Positions 1 to 12,572 are shown, numbered from the stretch's first letter. The stretch: 64,000 nucleotides of DNA from Eledone cirrhosa (GCA_964016885.1 OZ024762.1:9610001-9674000), one strand, 5' to 3'. Notes: generated by a model not told the origin, from the sequence alone. Numbers and translations are program-made.

Positions 1-98
1 ATGAAATAAAGTGTCTTGCTCAAGGACACAACACGCCGCTCAACTTACGACCTTACGATTGTGAGTCAAATACCCTAACCACAAAGCCGTGCGCCTTC
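1..98 (-). mobile_element. tRNA-head/CORE-type SINE fragment (octopus OR-like)
   Basis: Reverse complement gives GGCGCACGGCTTTGTGGTTAGGG (A-box-like) ... GTCCTTGAGCAAGACACTTTATTTCA (CORE-like); homologous to 235-577. Confidence 0.8.
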
Positions 99-234
99 AC
101 CCTGCTTCATATACATACATACATACATACCATGTATGCATATATATATATATAAATAAAGTATGCATACACACACACATATATATAGATAGTTCCAGCT
201 GTTGAAACAGCAAGAGCTCAGCCGTTGGGGTGCT

Positions 235-577
235 GAGGCACATGGCTTAGTGGTTAGAGCATTGGCCTTGCAATCGAAAGGTTGTGAGTTCAATTCTCGG
301 ATTGGGTGATGTGTTGTTTCCTTGAGCAAGACACTTTATTTCACATTGCTCCAGTTTACTCAGCTGTAGAAATGAGATGATAGGGACTGGGGTCCCTATC
401 ATTCCACTGCAAAGTGGTCGTGTAGGTGCCACGGCAAAAAAGCACCCAGCACTCACTGTAAATGAGGTTGGTGTTAGGAAGGGCATCCAGCTGTAGAAAT
501 CAAGCCAAAATCAGTTCCCGTCCCACCCTTGCAAGCAGGGAAAAAGCGGACGTAAAATGAAATGATGATGATGATGA
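235..577 (+). mobile_element. Full-length young composite SINE (tRNA head + CORE-like block + hairpin + 3' tail with (ATG)n)
   Basis: A-box TGGCTTAGTGG, B-box GAGTTCAATTC, CCTTGAGCAAGACACTT, tail ending in atgatgatg; near-identical copies at 15088-15428(-), 46589-46932(+), 56508-56841(+). Confidence 0.9.
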
Positions 578-649
578 TATATATAGTGGTAGAACACTGG
601 AAGGTAATATCCGTAGTGGTAGAGCACTCAGTCCATGGGACGAGTTAGG

Positions 650-827
650 TAGAAGTGGTTACACAACAGTTAGTTCACCATACCGAGAACAATTGTTTCA
701 CCTTAGCAGATCCTCAGCTCGTAATGGACATGGTTCCGTATAACCATGTCCATTATGAGCTGAGGATCCACTAAGGTGAAACAATTGTTCTCGGTATGGT
801 GAACTAACTGTTGTGTAACCACTTCTA
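650..827. repeat. 86-bp-arm inverted repeat (Penelope-like inverted pseudo-LTR pair)
   Basis: Arms 650-735 and 742-827 are reverse complements with 3 mismatches; loop CCGTAT; abuts (TA)n. Confidence 0.95.
756..793 (+). ncRNA. Minimal type I hammerhead ribozyme motif (mirror copy on minus strand 684-721)
   Basis: TGAG-CTGAGGA-TCCACTAAGGT-GAAAC-AATT-GTT-CTCG: core CUGANGA/GAAA, palindromic stem III AACAATTGTT, GUU cleavage triplet, stem I GAG/CTC (CGAG/CTCG in the minus copy). Confidence 0.7.
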
Positions 828-886
828 TATATATACATATATATATATAGACATACAATACAACAGGAGGAAACATAATAGTACCA

Positions 887-924
887 CTGATGATGTTGCA
901 GATGTGCAACGAAAGAACTTTGTT

Positions 925-930
<6 letters not shown>
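887..930 (+). ncRNA. Truncated hammerhead core
   Basis: CTGATGA-T-GTTGCA-GATG-TGCAAC-GAAA (perfect 6-bp stem II); stems I/III not recoverable, sequence runs into (TA)n. Confidence 0.5.
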
Positions 931-964
<34 letters not shown>

Positions 965-1129
965 TATCTGTATTTTTAACCATTGGTCAGTCAATGATAA
1001 ACATTGATTGCCAAATGAATTAACTCTGGAGATATAAAAGATACAGAAGCGAAAACCAACCAAACAGTGAGTGTGTTCTGTTATTATTTCTGGCAATATT
1101 ATTACAACAATATGACCCTCCCCAAGTAT

Positions 1130-1185
<56 letters not shown>

Positions 1186-1196
1186 ATTTATATATT

Positions 1197-1231
<35 letters not shown>

Positions 1232-1232
1232 A

Positions 1233-1575
1233 TTTATTAAAATAACAGATTAAAGTTTAAGCAAAGAATCGCTGCTTTCACCCTTAATGGGATCTTCTGA
1301 AACTAACAAAGTTAATCTGTGAACGCAGAAGTGAATATTTCAAAAAACGTTGCAACCGGAGGAAGACAGGAAGGCGATACTTTGGTTCGTGGAAACGTTC
1401 CCTGGCAAAGAACGGGAAAAATTGAATATAATACGTCATTAATAGGAGCGGTGAAAAACAATTACACGCAAAGACAGAACCACGTTTATGGTATAAAAGA
1501 GGTCGTAGACTAATGTTCCCTTAGGTGGTTCATAGAGCCCTCTTTGGATTTTAGTCTTCAAATTTATTATTACTA
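1233..1575 (-). mobile_element. (TA)n-embedded non-autonomous element, probably Penelope-like terminal repeat
   Basis: Both ends recur at 27445-27543 (internally deleted) and 28778-28937 (rearranged); minus strand has a decayed hammerhead-like CAGAAGA-TCCCATTAAGGGT-GAAA. Confidence 0.6.
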
Positions 1576-1694
1576 TATATATATATATATATGATGGTGG
1601 TGGTGGTGGTGGTGCTGTTAGTGATGATGATTGATATTAAATGGATCAATAATTTATAATTTTTTGAGAGAGAAATATTTTCTCAGGCCAAGTA

Positions 1695-2457
1695 ACGATG
1701 ATGATGATGATGATTATGGTAATGATGATGGTAATAATCATAATCATGATCATGATCATGATGATGGTGGTGGTGGTGGTGGTGATAACGGTGGTATTAA
1801 TCTTGATGATGAAGATGATGATAACGATGACAGTGATGATGATGATGACGATTTTGATGACAACGGCGATGGTGATGATGAATATGATGATGATGATGAC
1901 GACGGTGATGACAGTGATGATGATGACAACGATGATGATGATGACAACGATGATGATGAAGATGATGATGATGATGGTGATGATGGTGATGGTGGTGATG
2001 GTGGTGATGGTGATGATGGTAATGATGGTGACAGTGATGATGATGATGATGGTGATGGTGGTGATGGTGGTGGTGGTGATGATGGTAATGATGGTGACAG
2101 TGATGATGATGATGATGGTGATGATGGTGATGATGGTGATGGTGGTGATGGTGATGATGGTAATGATGGTGACAGTGATGATGATGATGATGATGGTGAT
2201 GATGGTGATGGTGGTGGTGATGGTGATGATGATGGTAATGATGGTGACAGTGATGATGATGATGATGGTGATGATGGTGATGATGGTGATGGTGGTGATG
2301 GTGATGATGGTGACAGTGATGATGATGATGATGGTGATGGTGGTGATGGTGGTGGTGGTGATGATGGTAATGATGGTGACAGTGATGATGATGATGATGG
2401 TGATGATGGTGATGATGGTGATGGTGGTGATGGTGATGATGGTAATGATGGTGACAG

Positions 2458-2488
<31 letters not shown>

Positions 2489-3152
2489 GGTGGTGATGGT
2501 GGTGGTGGTGATGGTGGTGGTGGTGATGATGATGATGATGGTGATGGTGGTGATGGTGGTGGTGGTGATGATGATGGTGATGATGATGATGGTGGTGATG
2601 GTGGTGGTGGTGATGGTGGTGGTGGTGATGATGATGGTGGTGATGGTGGTGGTGGTGATGGTGGTGGTGGTGATGATGATGGTGATGATGATGATGGTGG
2701 TGATGATGGTGGTGGTGATGATGATGGTGATGATGATGATGGTGATGATGATGATGGTGGTGATGGTGGTGGTGGTGATGGTGGTGGTGGTGATGATGAT
2801 GGTGGTGATGGTGGTGGTGGTGATGGTGGTGGTGGTGATGATGATGGTGATGATGATGATGGTGGTGATGGTGGTGGTGGTGATGGTGGTGGTGGTGATG
2901 ATGATGGTGATGATGGTGGTGGTGGTGATGGTGGTGGTGGTGATGATGATGGTGGTGATGGTGGTGGTGGTGATGATGATGGTGGTGATGATGATGGTGA
3001 TGATGATGATGGTGGTGATGGTGGTGGTGGTGATGGTGGTGGTGGTGATGATGATGGTGATGATGGTGGTGGTGGTGATGATGATGGTGGTGATGATGAT
3101 GGTGATGATGATGATGGTGGTGATGGTGGTGGTGGTGATGATGATGGTGGTA
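1695..3152. repeat. Compound (GAT)n/(GGT)n triplet array with higher-order blocks
   Basis: Recurring GATGGTAATGATGGTGACAGTGATGAT modules; produces the spurious D/G, M/V and H ORFs. Confidence 0.95.
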
Positions 3153-3239
3153 ATATTTTCTCAAGGCAAGCAAAAATGAAATTTTGGACTTTGAAGAACG
3201 GAAATTAATTTTGATAAGAAAGCAAATAATGGGATAATA

Positions 3240-3622
3240 GGAAGGAGGGGGGGGGGGCTTGGGGGGGCTTAGGGGAGATGAGAGGTAGTTAGAGGAGATT
3301 AGGTGGGGTGGGAGTGTAGGGTGGGGTAGGGTGGGGTGGGGGTATGGTGGGGTGGGGGTATGGTGGGGGTTAGGTGGAGTGAAGGGGGAAGGAGAAGAGG
3401 AGGGGAGTAGGAGGAAGAGGAGGAGGATGGGAGGTGGTGGAGGATAAGAAGGAAGAGGAGACGACGAAAGAGGAGGAGGGGAGGAGTAGAAGGTGAAGAA
3501 GGAGGCGGAGGGGAGGAGAAGAAGGAGGAGGATAAGAAGGTGAAGGAGGAGGAGGAGGAGGAGGAGGAGGAGGAGGAGGAGGAGGAGAAAAAGAAGAAGA
3601 AGAAGAAGAAGAAGAAGAAGGA
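3240..3622. repeat. G-run / polypurine tract ((GGGGT)n-like, (GGA)n, (GAA)n)
   Basis: Direct reading. Confidence 0.9.
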
Positions 3623-3751
3623 ATCGAAAACAAAGATGAAGAAACACCACCTCCTCCACCCCTCCATTATAATATTAAAACAACAATAACTGATGATGTT
3701 GATTATATCCATGATGATGATGACAAAGCCATACGGATTATGACAAAATAA

Positions 3752-4120
3752 ATGATGAGGAAGATAACATTTTTGATGATGATGATGATGGTTAAACTAA
3801 TGATAATGATGATGATGGTTAAGCCTATGATGATGATGACGATGGTTAAGCCAATGATGATGATGGTTAAGCCTATGATGATGATGGTTAAGCTAACAAT
3901 GATGATGATGATGATAGTGAAGCTAATGATGATGATGATGATGCTAGTGAAGCTAATGATGATGATGATGATGGTTAAGCTAACGATGATGATGATGATG
4001 ATGATGATGATGATAGTGAAGCTAATGATGATGATGGTTAAGCTAACGATGATGATGATGATGATGGTGATAGTGATGATGATGGTTAAGCTAACTATGA
4101 TGATGATGATGATGGCAATA
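3752..4120. repeat. (ATG)n punctuated by GTTAAGCTA/GTGAAGCTA
   Basis: Direct reading. Confidence 0.9.
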
Positions 4121-4129
4121 ATGTTTTCT

Positions 4130-4625
4130 AATTGAAGCCCAAGGCCAGCAATGTTGGGTTAGAGGGGACATCAATTATATCACCATCAAGCCATTCCCCC
4201 AGTGTATTACTGTTACCGTTTACTTTATCAAAGCCCTACCCTCACCCCACCCACTACCCAGATGGATGAAAGGCAAAGTTGACCCTGGATTTGGTAAGGA
4301 TTTCAACTCTGAACATCAAGGGCCGTAACTCTATGCTGCAAAGCATTTTGTCTGCTAACCTTTGTTAAGTTATGTTCCAAACAGGAGATAAAAAAATTGT
4401 TCCTGATTTAGGCACAAGACCAACAAATTTTGAGAGAATTAAATCGACCCCCAAAGTATTACTGGTACTTTGTTTAATCGACCCCGTAAGGATAAAAGAC
4501 AAAGTTAACCTCGGCGTGATTTGAATTTAGAATATAAAGGAACGTAACTCTATGCCACAAAGCATGGTAAACAAATAATCTACCCATTCTGCCAACCTTT
4601 GTTAAGTTATGTTCCAAACACGAAA
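4130..4625 (-). mobile_element. Two tandem SINE copies (octopus OK-like family)
   Basis: AAGGCCAGCAA...TTACTGGTACTT...GGATGAAAGGCAAAGTT...GATTTGAACTC motifs; each followed by the same AACCTTTGTTAAGTTATGTTCCAAACA. Confidence 0.8.
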
Positions 4626-4657
4626 TAAATGATGAGAAAACTAAAAAACCCTTCAAA

Positions 4658-4835
4658 TTATATACACGGGTTATATACACTAGTTATATGCACGGGTTAT
4701 ATACACGGGTTATATACACGGGTTATATACACGAGTTATATGCACGAGTTATATACACGGGTTATATACACGAGTTATATACACGGGTTATATATACGGC
4801 TTATATACACGAGTTATATACACAGCTTATATACA
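4658..4835. repeat. 13-bp minisatellite (TTATATACACGRG)n, ~13 copies
   Basis: Direct reading. Confidence 0.95.
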
Positions 4836-5455
4836 CCAACAACAACCACACCACCTCCATCATCACCCCATCACACCAACAACAACCACACCACCTTCCC
4901 CACAACCAAAACCACCACCACCACTGCTACCCCTAAAGCACCACTATGACCACCACCACCACCACCACCACCACCACCACCACTACTGCATCCACCCCCA
5001 CCCCACCCCAAACCACCACCACCATGCCACCACAGAGATGCCACCGCCACCACCACCACCACCACACTACCACCACTGCTACCCCTAAACCACCACTATG
5101 ACCACCACCACCACCACCATCACTACTGCATCCACCCCCACCCCCACCCCACACCACCACTACCCCCACCACCACCATGCCACCACAGAGATGCCACCGC
5201 CACCACCACCACTGCATCCCCCACCCCACCCCTCACCACCACCACCATGCCACCACTGAGATCCCACCACCACCACCACCACTGCATCTCCCACCCCCAC
5301 CCCCAAACCACCACCACCACCACCACCACACTACCACCACTGCATCCCCCACCCCCACCCCCAAACCACCACCATGACCACCCCCACCACTGCAACCCCC
5401 ACCACCACCACCACCACACTACCACCACTGCAACCCCCACCCCCCCCACCACCAC
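4836..5455. repeat. Compound (CAC)n/C-run array
   Basis: Direct reading. Confidence 0.9.
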
Positions 5456-5558
5456 ATGTCTTAGCCACCATTTCTAATTCTACTAATGGAAAAAAAGTGA
5501 ACATGATCAAGTTTGTCAGTGACTGCGTGTTTTTACAATAGTTATGCTCTCACACTCA

Positions 5559-5559
<1 letters not shown>

Positions 5560-5597
<38 letters not shown>

Positions 5598-5612
5598 CAC
5601 ACACAGTCAATA

Positions 5613-5655
<43 letters not shown>

Positions 5656-5670
5656 ATACACACACAGTCA

Positions 5671-5717
<47 letters not shown>

Positions 5718-6270
5718 AACACAGACACATATCTATATGTATATATGTACAGACACACACGAATATACATATACACATATATATATATATATATACACAC
5801 ACATACATATATATACATACACACATAAACATATATACACACACACACACACACACATAAACATATATACACACACACACACACATACACATATATATAT
5901 ATATACACACACATACATATATATACATACACACATAAACATATATACACACACACACACACATACACATATATATATACACACACACATACATTTATAT
6001 ATATATATATACATATACATTTAAACATATACACACATACACATATATATATATATATACACACACATACATATATATACATACACACATAAACATATAT
6101 ATACACTCACACACACATATATATATATTCACACACACATACATATATAAATATATATATACATATACATTTAAACATATACACACATACACATATATAT
6201 ATATATACATATACATTTAAACATATATATACACATACACACACATATATCCATATACACACACACACTC
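5560..6270. repeat. Compound (TA)n/(CA)n microsatellite
   Basis: Direct reading; many similar tracts occur throughout the window. Confidence 0.95.
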
Positions 6271-6352
6271 ATAATATCAGAAAAAGCATGTAAATTAATT
6301 AGTTTATACATTCATTCAAACATGTACAAACATACAGATCTATCAATGACAC

Positions 6353-6595
6353 TTCTTCTTCTTCACCCACTTATTCCTGAGAGGGTCGTGGGGGCAGAGT
6401 CCTCAACCACTCCCTCCAGTGGGTCAGAAGCAACTGTCTCCAACTGATCTGGCTGGATCCCCAAGAGGGACCAGCCAAGCTCAGGGATGTTATCCAACCA
6501 TCTTACTCAGGGTCTACTCCTGGGTCTCCTGCCGGTTGGTTTTGCCTGTAAAATCTGTCCAGCGATTCTTTCCTGAGACATTCTAACCACATGGC
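6353..6595 (-). mobile_element. RTE-clade LINE 3' fragment
   Basis: Homologous to 7940-8222; GHVVRMSQERI..RRPRSRP..RWLDNI motif; (GAA)n tail. Confidence 0.85.
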
Positions 6596-7813
6596 CTATC
6601 ATTATACACAAAAAAAAACCCTCTTATGAGATACAACCTCATCGGAGGCCTGCAAAACCAGACATTCTAACCATATGCCCTATCATTATACTCAAAAAAA
6701 CCCTCTTATGAGATACAACCTCATCGAAGGCCTGCAAAACCAGACATTCTAACCACATGCCCTATCATTATACACAAAAAAACCCCTCTTATGAGATACA
6801 ACCTCATCGGAGGTCTGCAAAACCAGACATTCTAACCACATGCCCTATCATTATACTCAAAAAAACCCTCTTATGAGATACAACCTCATCGAAGGCCTGC
6901 AAAACCAGACATTCTAACCACATGCCCTATCATTATACTCAAAAAAACCCTCTTATGAGATACAACCTCATCGGAGGCCTGCAAAACCAGACATTCTAAC
7001 CCCATGCCCTATCATTATACTCAAAAAAACCCTCTTATGAGATACAACCTCATCGGAGGCCTGCAAAACCAGACATTCTAACCACATGCCCTATCATTAT
7101 ACTCAAAAAAACCCTCTTATGAGATACAACCTCATCGGAGGCCTGCAAAACCAGACATTCTAACCACATGCCCTATCATTATACACAAAAAAACCCCTCT
7201 TATGAGATACAACCTCATCGGAGGTCTGCAAAACCAGACATTCTAACCACATGCCCTATCATTATACTCAAAAAAACCCTCTTATGAGATACAACCTCAT
7301 CGAAGGCCTGCAAAACCAGACATTCTAACCACATGCCCTATCATTATACACAAAAAAACCCTCTTATGAGATACAACCTCATCGGAGGCCTGCAAAACCA
7401 GACATTCTAACCACATGCCCTATCATTATACTCAAAAAAACCCTCTTATGAGATACAACCTCATCGGAGGCCTGCAAAACCAGACATTCTAACCACATGC
7501 CCTATCATTATACTCAAAAAAACCCTCTTATGAGATACAACCTCATCGGAGGCCTGCAAAACCAGACATTCTAACCACATGCCCTATCATTATACTCAAA
7601 AAAACCCTCTTATGAGATACAACCTCATCGGAGGCCTGCAAAACCAGACATTCTAACCACATGGCCTATTATTATACACAAAAAAAAACCCCTCTTATGA
7701 GATACAACCTCATCGGAGGCCTGCAAAACCAGACATTCTAACCACATGCCCTATCATTATACACAAAAAAAACCCCTCTTATGAGATACAACCTCATCGG
7801 AGGCCTGCAAAAC
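6577..7813. repeat. 82-bp tandem satellite, ~15 highly similar copies
   Basis: Unit AGACATTCTAACCACATGCCCTATCATTATACTCAAAAAAACCCTCTTATGAGATACAACCTCATCGGAGGCCTGCAAAACC. Confidence 0.97.
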
Positions 7814-7939
7814 CTGCATCAGTGTAAACTGTATCAGCAATCCTGGGCGCCTGTCATTAAAACACCTAACGAAACCTGGTATGAGATGCAACCTTATAGC
7901 AGGCAAGTTTCATGGTTGCAAAATCAATTCCTAATATAT

Positions 7940-8222
7940 CTTTTCTTCTTCTCCTCCCCCCTCTTATTCCTGAGAGGGTCGTGGAGGGATCAGAGTCCTC
8001 AACCACTCCCCCCAGCAGGTCCTGTCAGAAGTAACTGCCTCTAACTGATGTGACTGGATCCCCAAGCAAGACCAGCCAAGCTCATGGATGTTATCCAACC
8101 ATCTTGCTCGGAGTCTTCCCCTGGGTCTCCTGTCCGTTGGTTTTGTCTGTAAAATCTTTACGGTGATTCTTTCCTGAGACATTCTAACCACATGGCCATA
8201 GTATCGGGGCTGTGATCTCTTC
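7940..8222 (-). mobile_element. RTE-clade LINE 3' fragment
   Basis: Translation RSQPRYYGHVVRMSQERITVKILQTKPTDRRPRGRLRARWLDNI...PRPSQE*. Confidence 0.9.
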
Positions 8223-8579
8223 ATCATATCATATACAATTACACACACATACATACACACACACATAGAAACTCACACATATAGAGGCACACACATACAG
8301 AACACAGACACACATGCATACACACAGTTGACACACACACACACATACACTCCTGGATCAATGTGAAGTACATCTCGCTCAAGGACACAACACACCACCA
8401 CTGAGAATTGAACTCGAGACCTTACGAATGTCAGCTGAACACCCGAACCACACACACAAGCACAAATAGCACATACACACTCAGACAGATACACACAGCA
8501 CACCACCAAGAATTGATCTCAAGCCCTCACAAATGTTAGCCAAACACCCTAACTACTAAACCACACAGACACACAGATA

Positions 8580-8922
8580 TCATCATCATCATCACCGTTT
8601 TATGTCTCTTCCACCGTTTTTATCTCTTCCACGCTAGCATGGGTGAGATGGGGGTTGTCCTGTTGTGGGCAGTGTCCGGTCAGCTGACCATGCCTTGCTC
8701 ATACGGGAACTGATTCTGGCTTGATTTCTACAGCTGGATGCCCTTCCTAACACCAACCTCATTTACAGTGAGTGCTGGGTCCCTTTTTTTTCCGTGGCGC
8801 TTACACACATACACTCAACACACACACACACAAGTGGAGAGATGCTGTGCTGTATAGGACCCGTCCAACCCTTGTAAGCAGGGAAAAGCGGACGTAAAAT
8901 GATGATGATGATGATGATGATC
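8580..8922. mobile_element. Two oppositely oriented SINE 3' fragments with (GAT)n tails
   Basis: 8580-8800 minus (TTCTACAGCTGGATGCCCTTCCTAACACCAACC); 8860-8922 plus (CCCTTGTAAGCAGGGAAAAGCGGACGTAAAATGATG). Confidence 0.75.
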
Positions 8923-9564
8923 ATGATATATATATATATATATATACACACAACACACCACCAAGAATTGAACTGAAGCCCTCCCAAATGTTAGCCAAAC
9001 ACCCTAACCACTAAACTATGCACCTTTACTGATGTAAATAGTGGAAATTAAACAAAACTTCACTTCCTGCAGAGAAATGCAATTTTAAATATTGAATGGT
9101 AATTTGAAAAAAAGCAACATATGTATATATGTGTGTGTGTATATATGTATATATGTATATATGTGTGTGTCTATGTTTTATGTGTGCACGTGTTTATGTC
9201 TGTGTGTTTTTGTGTGTGTGTATGCGTGTTTTTATGTAAGTGCAAGTGTGTCTGTGTGTGTGTATTTTTATGTAAGTGCATGTGTGTGTCTGTGTGTGAG
9301 TGTTTGTGATTGCGTTTTTATGTGTGTATGTGTGTGTGTGCATGTGTGCTTTTATGTAAGTGCATGTGTGTCTGCTGTGTGTGTGTGCATGTTTTTATGT
9401 GTGTTTATCTGTATGTGTTTATGTGTATGTATGTATGGTGGGGGTTGACTTTTTGTGGGAAAAATTTGAGAAAAACACTTTCATATAAAATATGTCTATT
9501 GATTAAAAAGAAGATTTGTTTTTAAAATACGCATTTTAACCGTTTTTGATATCAAACTGTCTGA

Positions 9565-9690
9565 AACTGTCCCTAGTTTTGAGGTATAAAACTGTCCCTA
9601 GTTTTGTGATATAAAACTGTCCCTAGTTGTGTGGTATAAAACTGTCCCTACTTTTGTGGTATAAAACCATCCCTAGTTTTGTGGTATAAA
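9565..9690. repeat. 25-bp minisatellite, ~5 copies
   Basis: AAACTGTCCCTAGTTTTGTGGTATA repeated. Confidence 0.9.
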
Positions 9691-9869
9691 AAAAATATAT
9701 ATATAATTTGAAGTTAATGATAGTAATAATTGTTTCTACTTTTGGCACAAGGCCAGCAATTAATCCAGTGCATTACTGGGGGGGGGGGGGGAGAAGACGA
9801 AGAAGAAGAAGAAGCTTTATTCAACTTGTGCCTTTTATAATCCCAGCTAAGAGATATATTTCCTTTTAA

Positions 9870-10050
9870 ATGAGGAAACTGAGTACATTAATAGATCTAT
9901 AGCAGATGTTTAACAGATAATAAAGTGGATTACTTAATGAACTTCAAAAATAAAGCTCACAGTTTTTACGGCTTACCTAAGGTCCACAAAAATAAACAAG
10001 TGAAGCATGCCAAAACTCTAAATGAAAATCATGTCAAAACTAATATGCAC
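9870..10050 (+). pseudogene. Penelope-like element reverse transcriptase fragment
   Basis: Frame from 9904: RCLTDNKVDYLMNFKNKAHSFYGLPKVHKNKQVKHAK; FYGLPK(V/I)HK is the hallmark PLE RT motif; upstream stop/frameshift; absent from the ORF track. Confidence 0.85.
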
Positions 10051-10094
10051 AATGAGTGTATATGTATGAGAATCTGTATTTACTATTCATCATA

Positions 10095-10310
10095 TAAGGG
10101 TTAGTGGTTAGAGAATTGGATTTACAATCACAAGGTTGTGAGTTTGATTCTCTGACCAGGTGATGCGCTGTGTCTTTGAGCAAGACAATTTATTTCACGT
10201 GGCTCCTTCTGCCATGAGTTGCGACCAGTAGTTAGTATCAGCAATGGAAAGACCAAGCTCCACTCCACTTGGTAAGGGAATGAGGTCTGGGATCTTGCTG
10301 ATCAATTCCC
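10095..10310 (+). mobile_element. tRNA/CORE-type SINE with a different 3' body
   Basis: TTAGTGGTTAGAG head, TTGAGCAAGACA core; body shared with 23458-23710(+) and 17460-17680(-). Confidence 0.75.
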
Positions 10311-10734
10311 ATCCTGTCTTGTGATCCCGGCAGAAAGAATGGAGAAGACCTTGTTCCAGAGGATGGCGAGTGAGATGTGCTGGAACAGCCACTCCAATTC
10401 AAGAAGCTCACACTTGCAGTGAGTAGGGATGTGGTCCAGAAGGGCCAAGAATGCTGTTGTAGGGGTGCTGTAGTGGCATACAGAATTTTGGGGGTATGAA
10501 CATGCATCTTAGATGCTGGATCTGCAAACTCCTCATCGATGGTCCGTAGATGTCCTCCTTCTCTTGCATTTTTCTAACCTCATTCACATTAAATGGGCAG
10601 CTGACTTCTTATTCATGAATGTATGTATGTATGAACCTGTAACACCCGGTGTAAATGCAGCGGTGATATATTTACATACAGCATTTCTTAATCCTGATAG
10701 AGCCCATCTCCCTCCAGGTCTGAACACAGCAGTT

Positions 10735-10780
<46 letters not shown>

Positions 10781-11259
10781 GTGAGAAAGAGACATGGACA
10801 GTGCCTGATTTACCACTGTGCTTAGGTGTGCTTAAGCACAGGACCCTGTTGGTGGGTGGGGGGGCATATTACTGCCAAAAATTTGTTTACCTCCTTCAAG
10901 GCCCAAGTAAGGGGTCTCATTACTTAACTAACACAGAGCCTCATTTGTCCTAAATCCGACACTGGACATAAAGGAAGAATCATCCCCAGAACGAGCCTGA
11001 TGCTTTTTTTTTATCAACCTTGAAACAAAAGGATTAAAGGCAAATCGACCACGGCGGGTTTTCAACTTGGAAAGCTGAAACAAATACCACAAAGCATTTT
11101 ATCTCACATTCTAACAACTCTGCCAATTTGCTGCCAGATGGCATTACTGAACAACAAAGAATAAACAGGAAGAAATTACAAATTAACAAATATAAACTAT
11201 ATCTAAATATTTAGTAATAAAATTACTCCTCTCCACGACACCAAATATTCCCGTGCCAA

Positions 11260-11478
11260 GTCATGGAACAAACTACTAGCATCAGTTGTTAGCTGTCAGG
11301 ACACTGCATGCTTCAAAGCTTCCTGAAATTCGCCAACTTCCCCCTCTATACACATGCACGCACGTCTGTGTGTATATCATGACTCATACACTGTTCACTT
11401 TCCTGATATTTGTACATTATTCTATGTATTATACAGGCACCTTTGATGAATTGTAGTGCACCTGAGCACTGTACACAA
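11260..11478 (+). mobile_element. CR1-clade LINE 3' end
   Basis: SWNKLLASVVSCQDTACFK-like C-terminus plus 3' UTR ending TGTAGTGCACCTGAGCACTGTACACAATA; homologous to 34640-35025. Confidence 0.8.
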
Positions 11479-11524
11479 TAATTTTCATTATTGTTATGAG
11501 TCACTCCAGATAGAGCCATTATGT

Positions 11525-11815
11525 CTACGAATTGAGAGATCACAGCTCTGATACTATGGCCATGTGGTTAGAATGTCACAGGAAATAATCACTGGACAGA
11601 TTCAGGTTTTATGGGTAAAACCAACTGGCAAGGAGACCCAGGAGTAGACCTACCCCAAACAAGATGGTTGGATAACATCCATGAGCTTGGCTGGTCACAA
11701 TTGGGGATCCAGCCGGATCAGTTGGAGACAGTTGCTTCTGACAAGACCTACTAAAAGGAGTGTTTGAGGACTCTGGCCCTACGACCCTCTCAGGAATATG
11801 TGTGAAGAAAAAGAA
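11525..11815 (+). mobile_element. RTE-clade LINE 3' fragment
   Basis: GAATTGAGAGATCACAGCTC...GGCCATGTGGTTAGAATGTC...CCCTCTCAGGAATA, same family as 7940-8222. Confidence 0.85.
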
Positions 11816-11952
11816 AATTATTATGGTGTTTATTCATAGTAAGAACTTATAGTGAAGGACCACAGAAAATAGGTTAAAGCTTTTACTATTGATATTAAAC
11901 ACTAATTAATATAATAAATATTATTATTATATTTATTATTATTATTATATCT

Positions 11953-12140
11953 CGGCGGTGGATTGGCAGTATCGGTAGAGGGTCGGACGCCATGCTTTCC
12001 AGCATAGTTACGTCCCTTTACGATCTGAGTTCAAATCCCGCCGAGGTTGACTTTGCCTTTCATCCTTACAGGGTCGATAAAATAAAGTACCAGTAATGCA
12101 CTGGGTAATTGCTGGCCTTGTGCCTAAAGTAGAAACAATT
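11953..12140 (+). mobile_element. OK-like SINE, full length
   Basis: GGCGGTGGATTGGCAGTATCGGTAGAG (A-box), GAGTTCAAATCCCGCC (B-box), TTTGCCTTTCATCC...AGTAGAAACAATT, (TTA)n tail. Confidence 0.9.
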
Positions 12141-12433
12141 ATTATTATTATATCTCTATATTATTATTATCAAGTGTATATAAGATTTAACATTTATTAT
12201 TGTTAGGAATAGTATAATATTAGATATACTATTTGTGTATATATATATATATCATCATCATCATCATCATCAATGTTTAACGTCTATCTTCCACGCTAGC
12301 ACGGGTTTAGATGGGAATTGTCCTACTTGAGGCAAGATTGGTCGGGTGACCATGTCTCGCTCGTATAGGGGTGTCTGGCAGATTTTCTACAGCTGGATGC
12401 CTTCCTAACACCAACCTATATATATATATATAT

Positions 12434-12496
<63 letters not shown>

Positions 12497-12541
12497 CATA
12501 TCATCATCGTTTAATGGTCATTTTCCATGCTAGCATATGAT

Positions 12542-12572
<31 letters not shown>

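Noticed and set aside
240-305. tRNA gene
   Set aside because: A/B boxes are present but there is no proper acceptor stem; continues into a multicopy SINE body
1631-3208. 525-aa Asp/Gly ORF resembling acidic biomineral proteins such as Aspein
   Set aside because: TTG start, no signal peptide, several frames open simply because GAT/GGT arrays lack stops; similar arrays occur in both orientations across the window
6577-7813. CRISPR-like regular array
   Set aside because: No unique spacers; head-to-tail units in a eukaryotic context (same for 36414-37550, 50410-50990 and 63093-63560)
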